Shown one piece after another: positions 9,975-25,402 of a stretch of 64,000 bases of DNA. Within the stretch, counting starts at the first letter, position 1; each line of letters begins with the position of its first letter. The notes under the pieces are model-generated. The model was given only the letters and a program-made list of their open reading frames with translations, ran no database searches and was not told the DNA's origin. This stretch comes from Eledone cirrhosa (lineage: Eukaryota). Location: the NCBI GenBank assembly GCA_964016885.1, contig OZ024743.1, positions 211,916,001-211,980,000 on the forward strand, given 5' to 3'. Made by a program: the position numbers and the translations under genes.

Positions 9975-12900
9975 CAGTTTTTCTTGAAGATCACACCACA
10001 CACAGCCAATGAGTGTCTGCACATGTACCAGTAATTACAGATGGATCCCACCACGGGCGGCCGGCCCACAATCGAAAAGGTTACTCCGCCTGCAAATCGT
10101 CATTTTCGGATTCGTTTTCTTCGAAGCACACCATTCGCCGGCGGACTTCAGCTGCCTCATTTAGCATGGGCAGTTTTTCTTGAAGATCACACCACACACA
10201 GCCAATGAGTGTCTGCACATGTACCAGTAATTAGAGATCGATCCGACCACGGGCGGCCGGCCCACGATCGAGAAAAAGGTAACTCCGCCGGCAAATCGTC
10301 ATTTTTGTGATCCGTTTTCTTCGAAGCACACCATTCGCCGCCGGACTTCAGCTGCCTCATTTAGCATGGGCAGTTTTTTTTGAAAATCACACCACACACA
10401 ACCAATGTGTGTCTGCACATGTACCAGTAATTACAGATCGATCCGACCACGGGCGGCCGGCCCGCGATTGAAAAGGTAACTCCGCCGGCAAATCGTCATT
10501 TTTGTGATTCGTTTTCTTCGAAGCACACCATTCGCCGCCGGACTTCAGCTGCCTCATTTAGCATGGGCAGTTTTTTTTGAAAATCACACCACACACAACC
10601 AATGTGTGTCTGCACATGTACCAGTAATTACAGATCGATCCCACCACGAGTTCAATGTAAACAAACTTACGCTCAACGACTTTGTTGACGTTTAACACGG
10701 TTTGGTTCCACAGCCACAACTATTGATTTTACGGAGATATCTTGCTGAAATTCACGCCACACATAGCCAATGAGTGTCTGCACATGTATCAGTAATTACA
10801 GATCGATCCGACCACGGACGGCCGGCCCGCGATTGAAAAGGTAACTCCGCCGGCAAATCGTCATTTTTGGATTCGTTTTCTTCGAAGCACACCATTCGCC
10901 GGCGGACTTTGTTGACGTTTAACACGGTTTGGTTCCACAGCCACAACTATTGATTTTAAGGAGATATCTTGCTGAAATTCACGCCACACATAGCCAATGA
11001 GTGTCTGCACATGTACCAGTAATTACAGATGGATCCCACCACGGGCGGCCGGCCCACAATCGAAAAGGTTACTCCGCCTGCAAATCGTCATTTTCGGATT
11101 CGTTTTCTTCGAAGCACACCATTCGCCGGCGGACTTCAGCTGCCTCATTTAGCATGAGCAGTTTTTCTTGAAGATCACACCTCACACAGCCAATGAGTGT
11201 CTGCACATGTACCAGTAATTAGAGATCGATCCGACCACGGGCGGCCGGCCCACGATCGAGAAAAAGGTAACTCCGCCGGCAAATCGTCATTTTTGTGATC
11301 CGTTTTCTTCGAAGCACACCATTCGCCGCCGGACTTCAGCTGCCTCATTTAGCATGGGCAGTTTTTTTTGAAAATCACACCACACACAACCAATGTGTGT
11401 CTGCACATGTACCAGTAATTACAGATCGATCCCACCACGGGCGGCCGGCCCACAATCGAAAAGGTTACTCCGCCTGCAAATCGTCATTTTCGGATTCGTT
11501 TTCTTCGAAGCACACCATTCGCCGGCGGACTTCAGCTGCCTCATTTAGCATGAGCAGTTTTTCTTGAAGATCATACCACACACAGCCAATGAGTGTCTGC
11601 ACATGTACCAGTAATTACAGATGGATCCCACCACGGGCGGCCGGCCCACAATCGAAAAGGTTACTCCGCCTGCAAATCGTCATTTTCGGATTCGTTTTCT
11701 TCGAAGCACACCATTCGCCGGCGGACTTCAGCTGCCTCATTTAGCATGAGCAGTTTTTCTTGAAGATCACACCACACACAGCCAATGAGTGTCTGCACAT
11801 GTACCAGTAATTACAGATGGATCCCACCACGGGCGGCCGGCCCACAATCGAAAAGGTTACTCCGCCTGCAAATCGTCATTTTCGGATTCGTTTTCTTCGA
11901 AGCACACCATTCGCCGGCGGACTTCAGCTGCCTCATTTAGCATGGGCAGTTTTTCTTGAAGATCACACCACACACAGCCAATGAGTGTCTGCACATGTAC
12001 CAGTAACTACAGATGGATCCCACCACGGGCGGCCGGCCCACAATCGAAAAGGTTACTCCGCCTGCAAATCGTCATTTTCGGATTCGTTTTCTTCGAAGCA
12101 CACCATTCGCCGGCGGACTTCAGCTGCCTCATTTAGCATGGGCAGTTTTTCTTGAAGATCACACCACACACAGCCAATGAGTGTCTGCACATGTACCAGT
12201 AATTAGAGATCGATCCGACCACGGGCGGCCGGCCCACGATCGAGAAAATGGTAACTCCGCCGGCAAATCGTCATTTTTGTGATCCGTTTTCTTCGAAGCA
12301 CACCATTCGCCGCCGGACTTCAGCTGCCTCATTTAGCATGGGCAGTTTTTTTTGAAAATCACACCACACACAACCAATGTGTGTCTGCACATGTACCAGT
12401 AATTACAGATCGATCCCACCACGGGCGGCCGGCCCACAATCGAAAAGGTTACTCCGCCTGCAAATCGTCATTTTCGGATTCGTTTTCTTCGAAGCACACC
12501 ATTCGCCGGCGGACTTCAGCTGCCTCATTTAGCATGAGCAGTTTTTCTTGAAGATCACACCACACACAGCCAATGAGTCTCTGCAAATGTACCAGTAATT
12601 ACAGATGGATCCCACCACGGGCGGCCGGCCCACAATCGAAAAGGTTACTCCGCCTGCAAATCGTCATTTTCGGATTCGTTTTCTTCGAAGCACACCATTC
12701 GCCGGCGGACTTCAGCTGCCTCATTTAGCATGAGCAGTTTTTCTTGAAGATCACACCTCACACAGCCAATGAGTGTCTGCACATGTACCAGTAATTACAG
12801 ATGGATCCCACCACGGGCGGCCGGCCCACAATCGAAAAGGTTACTCCGCCTGCAAATCGTCATTTTCGGATTCGTTTTCTTCGAAGCACACCATTCGCCG

Positions 12901-15900
12901 GCGGACTTCAGCTGCCTCATTTAGCATGGGCAGTTTTTCTTGAAGATCACACCACACACAGCCAATGAGTGTCTGCACATGTACCAGTAACTACAGATGG
13001 ATCCCACCACGGGCGGCCGGCCCACAATCGAAAAGGTTACTTCGCCTGCAAATCGTCATTTTCGGATTCGTTTTCTTCGAAGCACACCATTCGCCGGCGG
13101 ACTTCAGCTGCCTCATTTAGCATGGGCAGTTTTTCTTGAAGATCACACCACACACAGCCAATGAGTGTCTGCACATGTACCAGTAATTAGAGATCGATCC
13201 GACCACGGGCGGCCGGCCCACGATCGAGAAAATGGTAACTCCGCCGGCAAATCGTCATTTTTGTGATCCGTTTTCTTCGAAGCACACCATTCGCCGCCGG
13301 ACTTCAGCTGCCTCATTTAGCATGGGCAGTTTTTTTTGAAAATCACACCACACACAACCAATGTGTGTCTGCACATGTACCAGTAATTACAGATCGATCC
13401 CACCACGGGCGGCCGGCCCACAATCGAAAAGGTTACTCCGCCTGCAAATCGTCATTTTCGGATTCGTTTTCTTCGAAGCACACCATTCGCCGGCGGACTT
13501 CAGCTGCCTCATTTAGCATGAGCAGTTTTTCTTGAAGATCACACCACACACAGCCAATGAGTCTCTGCAAATGTACCAGTAATTACAGATGGATCCCACC
13601 ACGGGCGGCCGGCCCACAATCGAAAAGGTTACTCCGCCTGCAAATCGTCATTTTCGGATTCGTTTTCTTCGAAGCACACCATTCGCCGGCGGACTTGAGC
13701 TGCCTCATTTAGCATGGGCAGTTTTTCTTGAAGATCACACCACACACACCCAATGAGTGTCTGCACATGTACCAGTAATTAGAGATCGATCCGACCATGG
13801 GCGGCCGGCCCACGATCGAGAAAAAGGTAACTCCGCCGGCAAATCGTCATTTTTGTGATCCGTTTTCTTCGAAGCACACCATTCGCCGCCGGACTTCAGC
13901 TGCCTCATTTACCATGGGCAGTTTTTTTTGAAAATCACACCACACACAACCAATGTGTGTCTGCACATGTACCAGTAATTACAGATCGATCCGACCACGG
14001 GCGGCCGGCCCGCGATTGAAAAGGTAACTCCGCCGGCAAATCGTCATTTTTGTGATTCGTTTTCTTCGAAGCACACCATTCGCCGCCGGACTTCAGCTGC
14101 CTCATTTAGCATGGGCAGTTTTTTTTGAAAATCACACCACACACAACCAATGTGTGTCTGCACATGTACCAGTAATTACAGATCGATCCCACCACGAGTT
14201 CAATGTAAACAAACTTACGCTCAACGACTTTGTTGACGTTTAACACGGTTTGGTTCCACAGCCACAACTATTGATTTTACGGAGATATCTTGCTGAAATT
14301 CACGCCACACATAGCCAATGAGTGTCTGCACATGTACCAGTAATTACAGATCGATCCGACCACGGACGGCCGGCCCGCGATTGAAAAGGTAACTCCGCCG
14401 GCAAATCGTCATTTTTGGATTCGTTTTCTTCGAAGCACACCATTCGCCGGCGGACTTTGTTGACGTTTAACACGGTTTGGTTCCACAGCCACAACTATTG
14501 ATTTTACGGAGATATCTTGCTGAAATTCACGCCACACATAGCCAATGAGTGTCTGCACATGTACCAGTAATTACAGATGGATCCCACCACGGGCGGCCGG
14601 CCCACAATCGAAACGGTTACTCCGCCTGCAAATCGTCATTTTCGGATTCGTTTTCTTCGAAGCACACCATTTGCCGGCGGACTTCAGCTGCCTCATTTAG
14701 CATGAGCAGTTTTTCTTGAAGATCACACCACACACAGCCAATGAGTGTCTGCACATGTACCAGTAATTACAGATGGATCCCACCACGGGCGGCCGGCCCA
14801 CAATCGAAAAGGTTACTCCGCCTGCAAATCGTCATTTTCGGATTCGTTTTCTTCGAAGCACACCATTCGCCGGCGGACTTCAGCTGCCTCATTTAGCATG
14901 GGCAGTTTTTCTTGAAGATCACACCACACACAGCCAATGAGTGTCTGCATATGTACCAGTAATTACAGATGGATCCCACCACGGGCGGCCGGCCCACAAT
15001 CGAAAAGGTTACTCCGCCTGCAAATCGTCATTTTCGGATTCGTTTTCTTCGAAGCACACCATTCGCCGGCGGACTTCAGCTGCCTCATTTAGCATGGGCA
15101 GTTTTTCTTGAAGATCACACCACACACAGCCAATGAGTGTCTGCACATGTACCAGTAATTAGAGATCGATCCGACCACGGGCGGCCGGCCCACGATCGAG
15201 AAAAAGGTAACTCCGCCGGCAAATCGTCATTTTTGTGATCCGTTTTCTTCGAAGCACACCATTCGCCGCCGGACTTCAGCTGCCTCATTTAGCATGGGCA
15301 GTTTTTTTTGAAAATCACACCACACACAACCAATGTGTGTCTGCACATGTACCAGTAATTACAGATCGATCCGACCACAGCAGCCGGCCCGCGATTGAAA
15401 AGGTAACTCCGCCGGCAAATCGTCATTTTTGTGATTCGTTTTCTTCGAAGCACACCATTCGCCGCCGGACTTCAGCTGCCTCATTTAGCATGGGCAGTTT
15501 TTTTTGAAAATCACACCACACACAACCAATGTGTGTCTGCACATGTACCAGTAATTACAGATCGATCCCACCACGGGCGGCCGGCCCACAATCGAAAAGG
15601 TTACTCCGCCTGCAAATCGTCATTTTCGGATTCGTTTTCTTCGAAGCACACCATTCGCCGGTGGACTTCAGCTGCCTCATTTAGCATGGGCAGTTTTTCT
15701 TGAAGATCACACCACACACAGCCAATGAGTGTCTGCACATGTACCAGTAATTAGAGATCGATCCGACCACGGGCGGCCGGCCCACGATCGAGAAAAAGGT
15801 AACTCCGCCGGCAAATCGTCATTTTTGTGATCCGTTTTCTTCGAAGCACACCATTCGCCGCCGGACTTCAGCTGCCTCATTTAGCATGGGCAGTTTTTTT

Positions 15901-18900
15901 TGAAAATCACACCACACACAACCAATGTGTTTCTGCACATGTACCAGTAATTACAGATCGATCCCACCACGAGTTCAATGTAAACTAACTTACGCTCAAC
16001 GACTTTGTTGACGTTTAACACGGTTTGGTTCCACAGCCACAACTATTGATTTTAAGGAGATATCTTGCTGAAATTCACGCCACACATAGCCAATGAGTGT
16101 CTGCACATGTACCAGTAATTACAGATCGATCCCACCACGGGCGGCCGGCCCACAATCAAAAAGGTTACTCCGCCTGCAAATCGTCATTTTCGGATTCGTT
16201 TTCTTCGAAGCACACCATTCGCCGGCGGACTTCAGCTGCCTCATTTAGCATGAGCAGTTTTTCTTGAAGATCACACCACACACAGCCAATGAGTGTCTGC
16301 ACATGTACCAGTAATTACAGATGGATCCCACCACGGGCGGCCGGCCCACAATCGAAAAGGTTACTCCGCCTGCAAATCGTCATTTTCGGATTCGTTTTCT
16401 TCGAAGCACACCATTCGCCGGCGGACTTCAGCTGCCTCATTTAGCATGAGCAGATTTTCTTGAGGATCACACCACACACAGCCAATGAGTGTCTGCACAT
16501 GTACCAGTAATTACAGATGGATCCCACCACGGGCGGCCGGCCCACAATCGAAAAGGTTACTCCGCCTGCAAATCGTCATTTTCGGATTCGTTTTCTTCGA
16601 AGCACACCATTCGCCGGCGGACTTCAGCTGCCTCATTTAGCATGAGCAGTTTTTCTTGAAGATCACACCACACACAGCCAATGAGTGTCTGCACATGTAC
16701 CAGTAATTACAGATGGATCCCACCACGGGCGGCCGGCCCACAATCGAAAAGGTTACTCCGCCTGCAAATCGTCATTTTCGGATTCGTTTTCTTCGAAGCA
16801 CACCATTCGCCGGCGGACTTCAGCTGCCTCATTTAGCATGGGCAGTTTTTCTTGAAGATCACACCACACACAGCCAATGAGTGTCTGCACATGTACCAGT
16901 AATTAGAGATCGATCCGACCACGGGCGGCCGGCCCACGATCGAGAAAAAGGTAACTCCGCCGGCAAATCGTCATTTTTGTGATCCGTTTTCTTCGAAGCA
17001 CACCATTCGCCGCCGGACTTCAGCTGCCTCATTTAGCATGGGCAGTTTTTCTTGAAGATCACACCACACACAGCCAATGAGTGTCTGCACATGTACCAGT
17101 AATTACAGATGGATCCCTCCACGGGCGGCCGGCCCACAATCGAAAAGGTTACTCCGCCTGCAAATCGTCATTTTCGGATTCGTTTTCTTCGAAGCACACC
17201 ATTCGCCGGCGGACTTCAGCTGCCTCATTTAGCATGAGCAGTTTTTCTTGAAGATCACACCACACACAGCCAATGAGTGTCTGCACATGTACCAGTAATT
17301 ACAGATGGATCCCACCACGGGCGGCCGGCCCACAATCGAAAAGGTTACTCCGCCTGCAAATCGTCATTTTCGGATTCGTTTTCTTCGAAGCACACCATTC
17401 GCCGGCGGACTTCAGCTGCCTCATTTAGCATGGGCAGTTTTTCTTGAAGATCACACCACACACAGCCAATGAGTGTCTGCACATGTACCAGTAATTACAG
17501 ATGGATCCCACCACGGGCGGCCGGCCCACAATCGAAAAGGTTACTCCGCCTGCAAATCGTCATTTTCGGATTCGTTTTCTTCGAAGCACACCATTCGCCG
17601 GCGGACTTCAGCTGCCTCATTTAGCATGGGCAGTTTTTCTTGAAGATCACACCACACACAGCCAATGAGTGTCTGCACATGTACCAGTAATTAGAGATCG
17701 ATCCGACCACGGGCGGCCGGCCCACGATCGAGAAAAAGGTAACTCCGCCGGCAAATCGTCATTTTTGTGATCCGTTTTCTTCGAAGCACACCATTCGCCG
17801 CCGGACTTCAGCTGCCTCATTTAGCATGGGCAGTTTTTTTTGAAAATCACACCACACACAACCAATGTGTGTCTGCACATGTACCAGTAATTACAGATCG
17901 ATCCGACCACGGGCGGCCGGCCCGCGATTGAAAAGGTAACTCCGCCGGCAAATCGTCATTTTTGTGATTCGTTTTCTTCGAAGCACACCATTCGCCGCCG
18001 GACTTCAGCTGCCTCATTTAGCATGGGCAGTTTTTTTTGAAAATCACACCACACACAACCAATGTGTGTCTGCACATGTACCAGTAATTACAGATCGATC
18101 CCACCACGAGTTCAATGTAAACAAACTTACGCTCAACGACTTTGTTGACGTTTAACACGGTTTGGTTCCACAGCCACAACTATTGATTTTACGGAGATAT
18201 CTTGCTGAAATTCACGCCACACATAGCCAATGAGTGTCTGCACATGTATCAGTAATTACAGATCGATCCGACCACGGACGGCCGGCCCGCGATTGAAAAG
18301 GTAACTCCGCCGGCAAATCGTCATTTTTGGATTCGTTTTCTTCGAAGCACACCATTCGCCGGCGGACTTTGTTGACGTTTAACACGGTTTGGTTCCACAG
18401 CCACAACTATTGATTTTAAGGAGATATCTTGCTGAAATTCACGCCACACATAGCCAATGAGTGTCTGCACATGTACCAGTAATTACAGATGGATCCCACC
18501 ACGGGCGGCCGGCCCACAATCGAAAAGGTTACTCCGCCTGCAAATCGTCATTTTCGGATTCGTTTTCTTCGAAGCACACCATTCGCCGGCGGACTTCAGC
18601 TGCCTCATTTAGCATGAGCAGTTTTTCTTGAAGATCACACCTCACACAGCCAATGAGTGTCTGCACATGTACCAGTAATTAGAGATCGATCCGACCACGG
18701 GCGGCCGGCCCACGATCGAGAAAAAGGTAACTCCGCCGGCAAATCGTCATTTTTGTGATCCGTTTTCTTCGAAGCACACCATTCGCCGCCGGACTTCAGC
18801 TGCCTCATTTAGCATGGGCAGTTTTTTTTGAAAATCACACCACACACAACCAATGTGTGTCTGCACATGTACCAGTAATTACAGATCGATCCCACCACGG

Positions 18901-21900
18901 GCGGCCGGCCCACAATCGAAAAGGTTACTCCGCCTGCAAATCGTCATTTTCGGATTCGTTTTCTTCGAAGCACACCATTCGCCGGCGGACTTCAGCTGCC
19001 TCATTTAGCATGAGCAGTTTTTCTTGAAGATCATACCACACACAGCCAATGAGTGTCTGCACATGTACCAGTAATTACAGATGGATCCCACCACGGGCGG
19101 CCGGCCCACAATCGAAAAGGTTACTCCGCCTGCAAATCGTCATTTTCGGATTCGTTTTCTTCGAAGCACACCATTCGCCGGCGGACTTCAGCTGCCTCAT
19201 TTAGCATGAGCAGTTTTTCTTGAAGATCACACCACACACAGCCAATGAGTGTCTGCACATGTACCAGTAATTACAGATGGATCCCACCACGGGCGGCCGG
19301 CCCACAATCGAAAAGGTTACTCCGCCTGCAAATCGTCATTTTCGGATTCGTTTTCTTCGAAGCACACCATTCGCCGGCGGACTTCAGCTGCCTCATTTAG
19401 CATGGGCAGTTTTTCTTGAAGATCACACCACACACAGCCAATGAGTGTCTGCACATGTACCAGTAACTACAGATGGATCCCACCACGGGCGGCCGGCCCA
19501 CAATCGAAAAGGTTACTCCGCCTGCAAATCGTCATTTTCGGATTCGTTTTCTTCGAAGCACACCATTCGCCGGCGGACTTCAGCTGCCTCATTTAGCATG
19601 GGCAGTTTTTCTTGAAGATCACACCACACACAGCCAATGAGTGTCTGCACATGTACCAGTAATTAGAGATCGATCCGACCACGGGCGGCCGGCCCACGAT
19701 CGAGAAAATGGTAACTCCGCCGGCAAATCGTCATTTTTGTGATCCGTTTTCTTCGAAGCACACCATTCGCCGCCGGACTTCAGCTGCCTCATTTAGCATG
19801 GGCAGTTTTTTTTGAAAATCACACCACACACAACCAATGTGTGTCTGCACATGTACCAGTAATTACAGATCGATCCCACCACGGGCGGCCGGCCCACAAT
19901 CGAAAAGGTTACTCCGCCTGCAAATCGTCATTTTCGGATTCGTTTTCTTCGAAGCACACCATTCGCCGGCGGACTTCAGCTGCCTCATTTAGCATGAGCA
20001 GTTTTTCTTGAAGATCACACCACACACAGCCAATGAGTCTCTGCAAATGTACCAGTAATTACAGATGGATCCCACCACGGGCGGCCGGCCCACAATCGAA
20101 AAGGTTACTCCGCCTGCAAATCGTCATTTTCGGATTCGTTTTCTTCGAAGCACACCATTCGCCGGCGGACTTCAGCTGCCTCATTTAGCATGAGCAGTTT
20201 TTCTTGAAGATCACACCTCACACAGCCAATGAGTGTCTGCACATGTACCAGTAATTACAGATGGATCCCACCACGGGCGGCCGGCCCACAATCGAAAAGG
20301 TTACTCCGCCTGCAAATCGTCATTTTCGGATTCGTTTTCTTCGAAGCACACCATTCGCCGGCGGACTTCAGCTGCCTCATTTAGCATGGGCAGTTTTTCT
20401 TGAAGATCACACCACACACAGCCAATGAGTGTCTGCACATGTACCAGTAACTACAGATGGATCCCACCACGGGCGGCCGGCCCACAATCGAAAAGGTTAC
20501 TTCGCCTGCAAATCGTCATTTTCGGATTCGTTTTCTTCGAAGCACACCATTCGCCGGCGGACTTCAGCTGCCTCATTTAGCATGGGCAGTTTTTCTTGAA
20601 GATCACACCACACACAGCCAATGAGTGTCTGCACATGTACCAGTAATTAGAGATCGATCCGACCACGGGCGGCCGGCCCACGATCGAGAAAATGGTAACT
20701 CCGCCGGCAAATCGTCATTTTTGTGATCCGTTTTCTTCGAAGCACACCATTCGCCGCCGGACTTCAGCTGCCTCATTTAGCATGGGCAGTTTTTTTTGAA
20801 AATCACACCACACACAACCAATGTGTGTCTGCACATGTACCAGTAATTACAGATCGATCCCACCACGGGCGGCCGGCCCACAATCGAAAAGGTTACTCCG
20901 CCTGCAAATCGTCATTTTCGGATTCGTTTTCTTCGAAGCACACCATTCGCCGGCGGACTTCAGCTGCCTCATTTAGCATGAGCAGTTTTTCTTGAAGATC
21001 ACACCACACACAGCCAATGAGTCTCTGCAAATGTACCAGTAATTACAGATGGATCCCACCACGGGCGGCCGGCCCACAATCGAAAAGGTTACTCCGCCTG
21101 CAAATCGTCATTTTCGGATTCGTTTTCTTCGAAGCACACCATTCGCCGGCGGACTTGAGCTGCCTCATTTAGCATGGGCAGTTTTTCTTGAAGATCACAC
21201 CACACACACCCAATGAGTGTCTGCACATGTACCAGTAATTAGAGATCGATCCGACCATGGGCGGCCGGCCCACGATCGAGAAAAAGGTAACTCCGCCGGC
21301 AAATCGTCATTTTTGTGATCCGTTTTCTTCGAAGCACACCATTCGCCGCCGGACTTCAGCTGCCTCATTTACCATGGGCAGTTTTTTTTGAAAATCACAC
21401 CACACACAACCAATGTGTGTCTGCACATGTACCAGTAATTACAGATCGATCCGACCACGGGCGGCCGGCCCGCGATTGAAAAGGTAACTCCGCCGGCAAA
21501 TCGTCATTTTTGTGATTCGTTTTCTTCGAAGCACACCATTCGCCGCCGGACTTCAGCTGCCTCATTTAGCATGGGCAGTTTTTTTTGAAAATCACACCAC
21601 ACACAACCAATGTGTGTCTGCACATGTACCAGTAATTACAGATCGATCCCACCACGAGTTCAATGTAAACAAACTTACGCTCAACGACTTTGTTGACGTT
21701 TAACACGGTTTGGTTCCACAGCCACAACTATTGATTTTACGGAGATATCTTGCTGAAATTCACGCCACACATAGCCAATGAGTGTCTGCACATGTACCAG
21801 TAATTACAGATCGATCCGACCACGGACGGCCGGCCCGCGATTGAAAAGGTAACTCCGCCGGCAAATCGTCATTTTTGGATTCGTTTTCTTCGAAGCACAC

Positions 21901-22835
21901 CATTCGCCGGCGGACTTTGTTGACGTTTAACACGGTTTGGTTCCACAGCCACAACTATTGATTTTAAGGAGATATCTTGCTGAAATTCACGCCACACATA
22001 GCCAATGAGTGTCTGCACATGTACCAGTAATTACAGATGGATCCCACCACGGGCGGCCGGCCCACAATCGAAACGGTTACTCCGCCTGCAAATCGTCATT
22101 TTCGGATTCGTTTTCTTCGAAGCACACCATTTGCCGGCGGACTTCAGCTGCCTCATTTAGCATGAGCAGTTTTTCTTGAAGATCACACCACACACAGCCA
22201 ATGAGTGTCTGCACATGTACCAGTAATTACAGATGGATCCCACCACGGGCGGCCGGCCCACAATCGAAAAGGTTACTCCGCCTGCAAATCGTCATTTTCG
22301 GATTCGTTTTCTTCGAAGCACACCATTCGCCGGCGGACTTCAGCTGCCTCATTTAGCATGGGCAGTTTTTCTTGAAGATCACACCACACACAGCCAATGA
22401 GTGTCTGCACATGTACCAGTAATTACAGATGGATCCCACCACGGGCGGCCGGCCCACAATCGAAAAGGTTACTCCGCCTGCAAATCGTCATTTTCGGATT
22501 CGTTTTCTTCGAAGCACACCATTCGCCGGCGGACTTCAGCTGCCTCATTTAGCATGGGCAGTTTTTCTTGAAGATCACACCACACACAGCCAATGAGTGT
22601 CTGCACATGTACCAGTAATTAGAGATCGATCCGACCACGGGCGGCCGGCCCACGATCGAGAAAAAGGTAACTCCGCCGGCAAATCGTCATTTTTGTGATC
22701 CGTTTTCTTCGAAGCACACCATTCGCCGCCGGACTTCAGCTGCCTCATTTAGCATGGGCAGTTTTTTTTGAAAATCACACCACACACAACCAATGTGTCT
22801 CTGCACATGTACCAGTAATTACAGATCGATCCGAC
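9975..22835 (+). repeat. ~5.4-kb block duplicated at offset 7460 (about 9975-15375 and 17435-22835)
   Basis: Monomer order is identical. ORF-track offsets are 10504/17964, 11295/18755 and 14052/21512. The private variant TTTACCATGGG is shared at ~13911 and ~21371. Confidence 0.88.
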
Positions 22836-25402
22836 CACGGGCGGCCGGCCCGCGATTGAAAAGGTAACTCCGCCGGCAAATCGTCATTTTTGTGATTCGT
22901 TTTCTTCGAAGCACACCATTCGCCGCCGGACTTCAGCTGCCTCATTTAGCATGGGCAGTTTTTTTTGAAAATCACACCACACACAACCAATGTGTGTCTG
23001 CACATGTACCAGTAATTACAGATCGATCCCACCACGAGTTCAATGTAAACAAACTTACGCTCAACGACTTTGTTGACGTTTAACACGGTTTGGTTCCACA
23101 GCCACAACTATTGATTTTACGGAGATATCTTGCTGAAATTCACGCCACACATAGCCAATGAGTGTCTGCACATGTATCAGTAATTACAGATCGATCCGAC
23201 CACGGACGGCCGGCCCGCGATTGAAAAGGTAACTCCGCCGGCAAATCGTCATTTTTGGATTCGTTTTCTTCGAAGCACACCATTCGCCGGCGGACTTTGT
23301 TGACGTTTAACACGGTTTGGTTCCACAGCCACAACTATTGATTTTAAGGAGATATCTTGCTGAAATTCACGCCACACATAGCCAATGAGTGTCTGCACAT
23401 GTACCAGTAATTACAGATGGATCCCACCACGGGCGGCCGGCCCACAATCGAAAAGGTTACTCCGCCTGCAAATCGTCATTTTCGGATTCGTTTTCTTCGA
23501 AGCACACCATTCGCCGGCGGACTTCAGCTGCCTCATTTAGCATGAGCAGTTTTTCTTGAAGATCACACCTCACACAGCCAATGAGTGTCTGCACATGTAC
23601 CAGTAATTAGAGATCGATCCGACCACGGGCGGCCGGCCCACGATCGAGAAAAAGGTAACTCCGCCGGCAAATCGTCATTTTTGTGATCCGTTTTCTTCGA
23701 AGCACACCATTCGCCGCCGGACTTCAGCTGCCTCATTTAGCATGGGCAGTTTTTTTTGAAAATCACACCACACACAACCAATGTGTGTCTGCACATGTAC
23801 CAGTAATTACAGATCGATCCCACCACGGGCGGCCGGCCCACAATCGAAAAGGTTACTCCGCCTGCAAATCGTCATTTTCGGATTCGTTTTCTTCGAAGCA
23901 CACCATTCGCCGGCGGACTTCAGCTGCCTCATTTAGCATGAGCAGTTTTTCTTGAAGATCATACCACACACAGCCAATGAGTGTCTGCACATGTACCAGT
24001 AATTACAGATGGATCCCACCACGGGCGGCCGGCCCACAATCGAAAAGGTTACTCCGCCTGCAAATCGTCATTTTCGGATTCGTTTTCTTCGAAGCACACC
24101 ATTCGCCGGCGGACTTCAGCTGCCTCATTTAGCATGAGCAGTTTTTCTTGAAGATCACACCACACACAGCCAATGAGTGTCTGCACATGTACCAGTAATT
24201 ACAGATGGATCCCACCACGGGCGGCCGGCCCACAATCGAAAAGGTTACTCCGCCTGCAAATCGTCATTTTCGGATTCGTTTTCTTCGAAGCACACCATTC
24301 GCCGGCGGACTTCAGCTGCCTCATTTAGCATGGGCAGTTTTTCTTGAAGATCACACCACACACAGCCAATGAGTGTCTGCACATGTACCAGTAACTACAG
24401 ATGGATCCCACCACGGGCGGCCGGCCCACAATCGAAAAGGTTACTCCGCCTGCAAATCGTCATTTTCGGATTCGTTTTCTTCGAAGCACACCATTCGCCG
24501 GCGGACTTCAGCTGCCTCATTTAGCATGGGCAGTTTTTCTTGAAGATCACACCACACACAGCCAATGAGTGTCTGCACATGTACCAGTAATTAGAGATCG
24601 ATCCGACCACGGGCGGCCGGCCCACGATCGAGAAAATGGTAACTCCGCCGGCAAATCGTCATTTTTGTGATCCGTTTTCTTCGAAGCACACCATTCGCCG
24701 CCGGACTTCAGCTGCCTCATTTAGCATGGGCAGTTTTTTTTGAAAATCACACCACACACAACCAATGTGTGTCTGCACATGTACCAGTAATTACAGATCG
24801 ATCCCACCACGGGCGGCCGGCCCACAATCGAAAAGGTTACTCCGCCTGCAAATCGTCATTTTCGGATTCGTTTTCTTCGAAGCACACCATTCGCCGGCGG
24901 ACTTCAGCTGCCTCATTTAGCATGAGCAGTTTTTCTTGAAGATCACACCACACACAGCCAATGAGTCTCTGCAAATGTACCAGTAATTACAGATGGATCC
25001 CACCACGGGCGGCCGGCCCACAATCGAAAAGGTTACTCCGCCTGCAAATCGTCATTTTCGGATTCGTTTTCTTCGAAGCACACCATTCGCCGGCGGACTT
25101 GAGCTGCCTCATTTAGCATGGGCAGTTTTTCTTGAAGATCACACCACACACACCCAATGAGTGTCTGCACATGTACCAGTAATTAGAGATCGATCCGACC
25201 ATGGGCGGCCGGCCCACGATCGAGAAAAAGGTAACTCCGCCGGCAAATCGTCATTTTTGTGATCCGTTTTCTTCGAAGCACACCATTCGCCGCCGGACTT
25301 CAGCTGCCTCATTTAGCATGGGCAGTTTTTTTTGAAAATCACACCACACACAACCAATGTGTGTCTGCACATGTACCAGTAATTACAGATCGATCCGACC
25401 AC

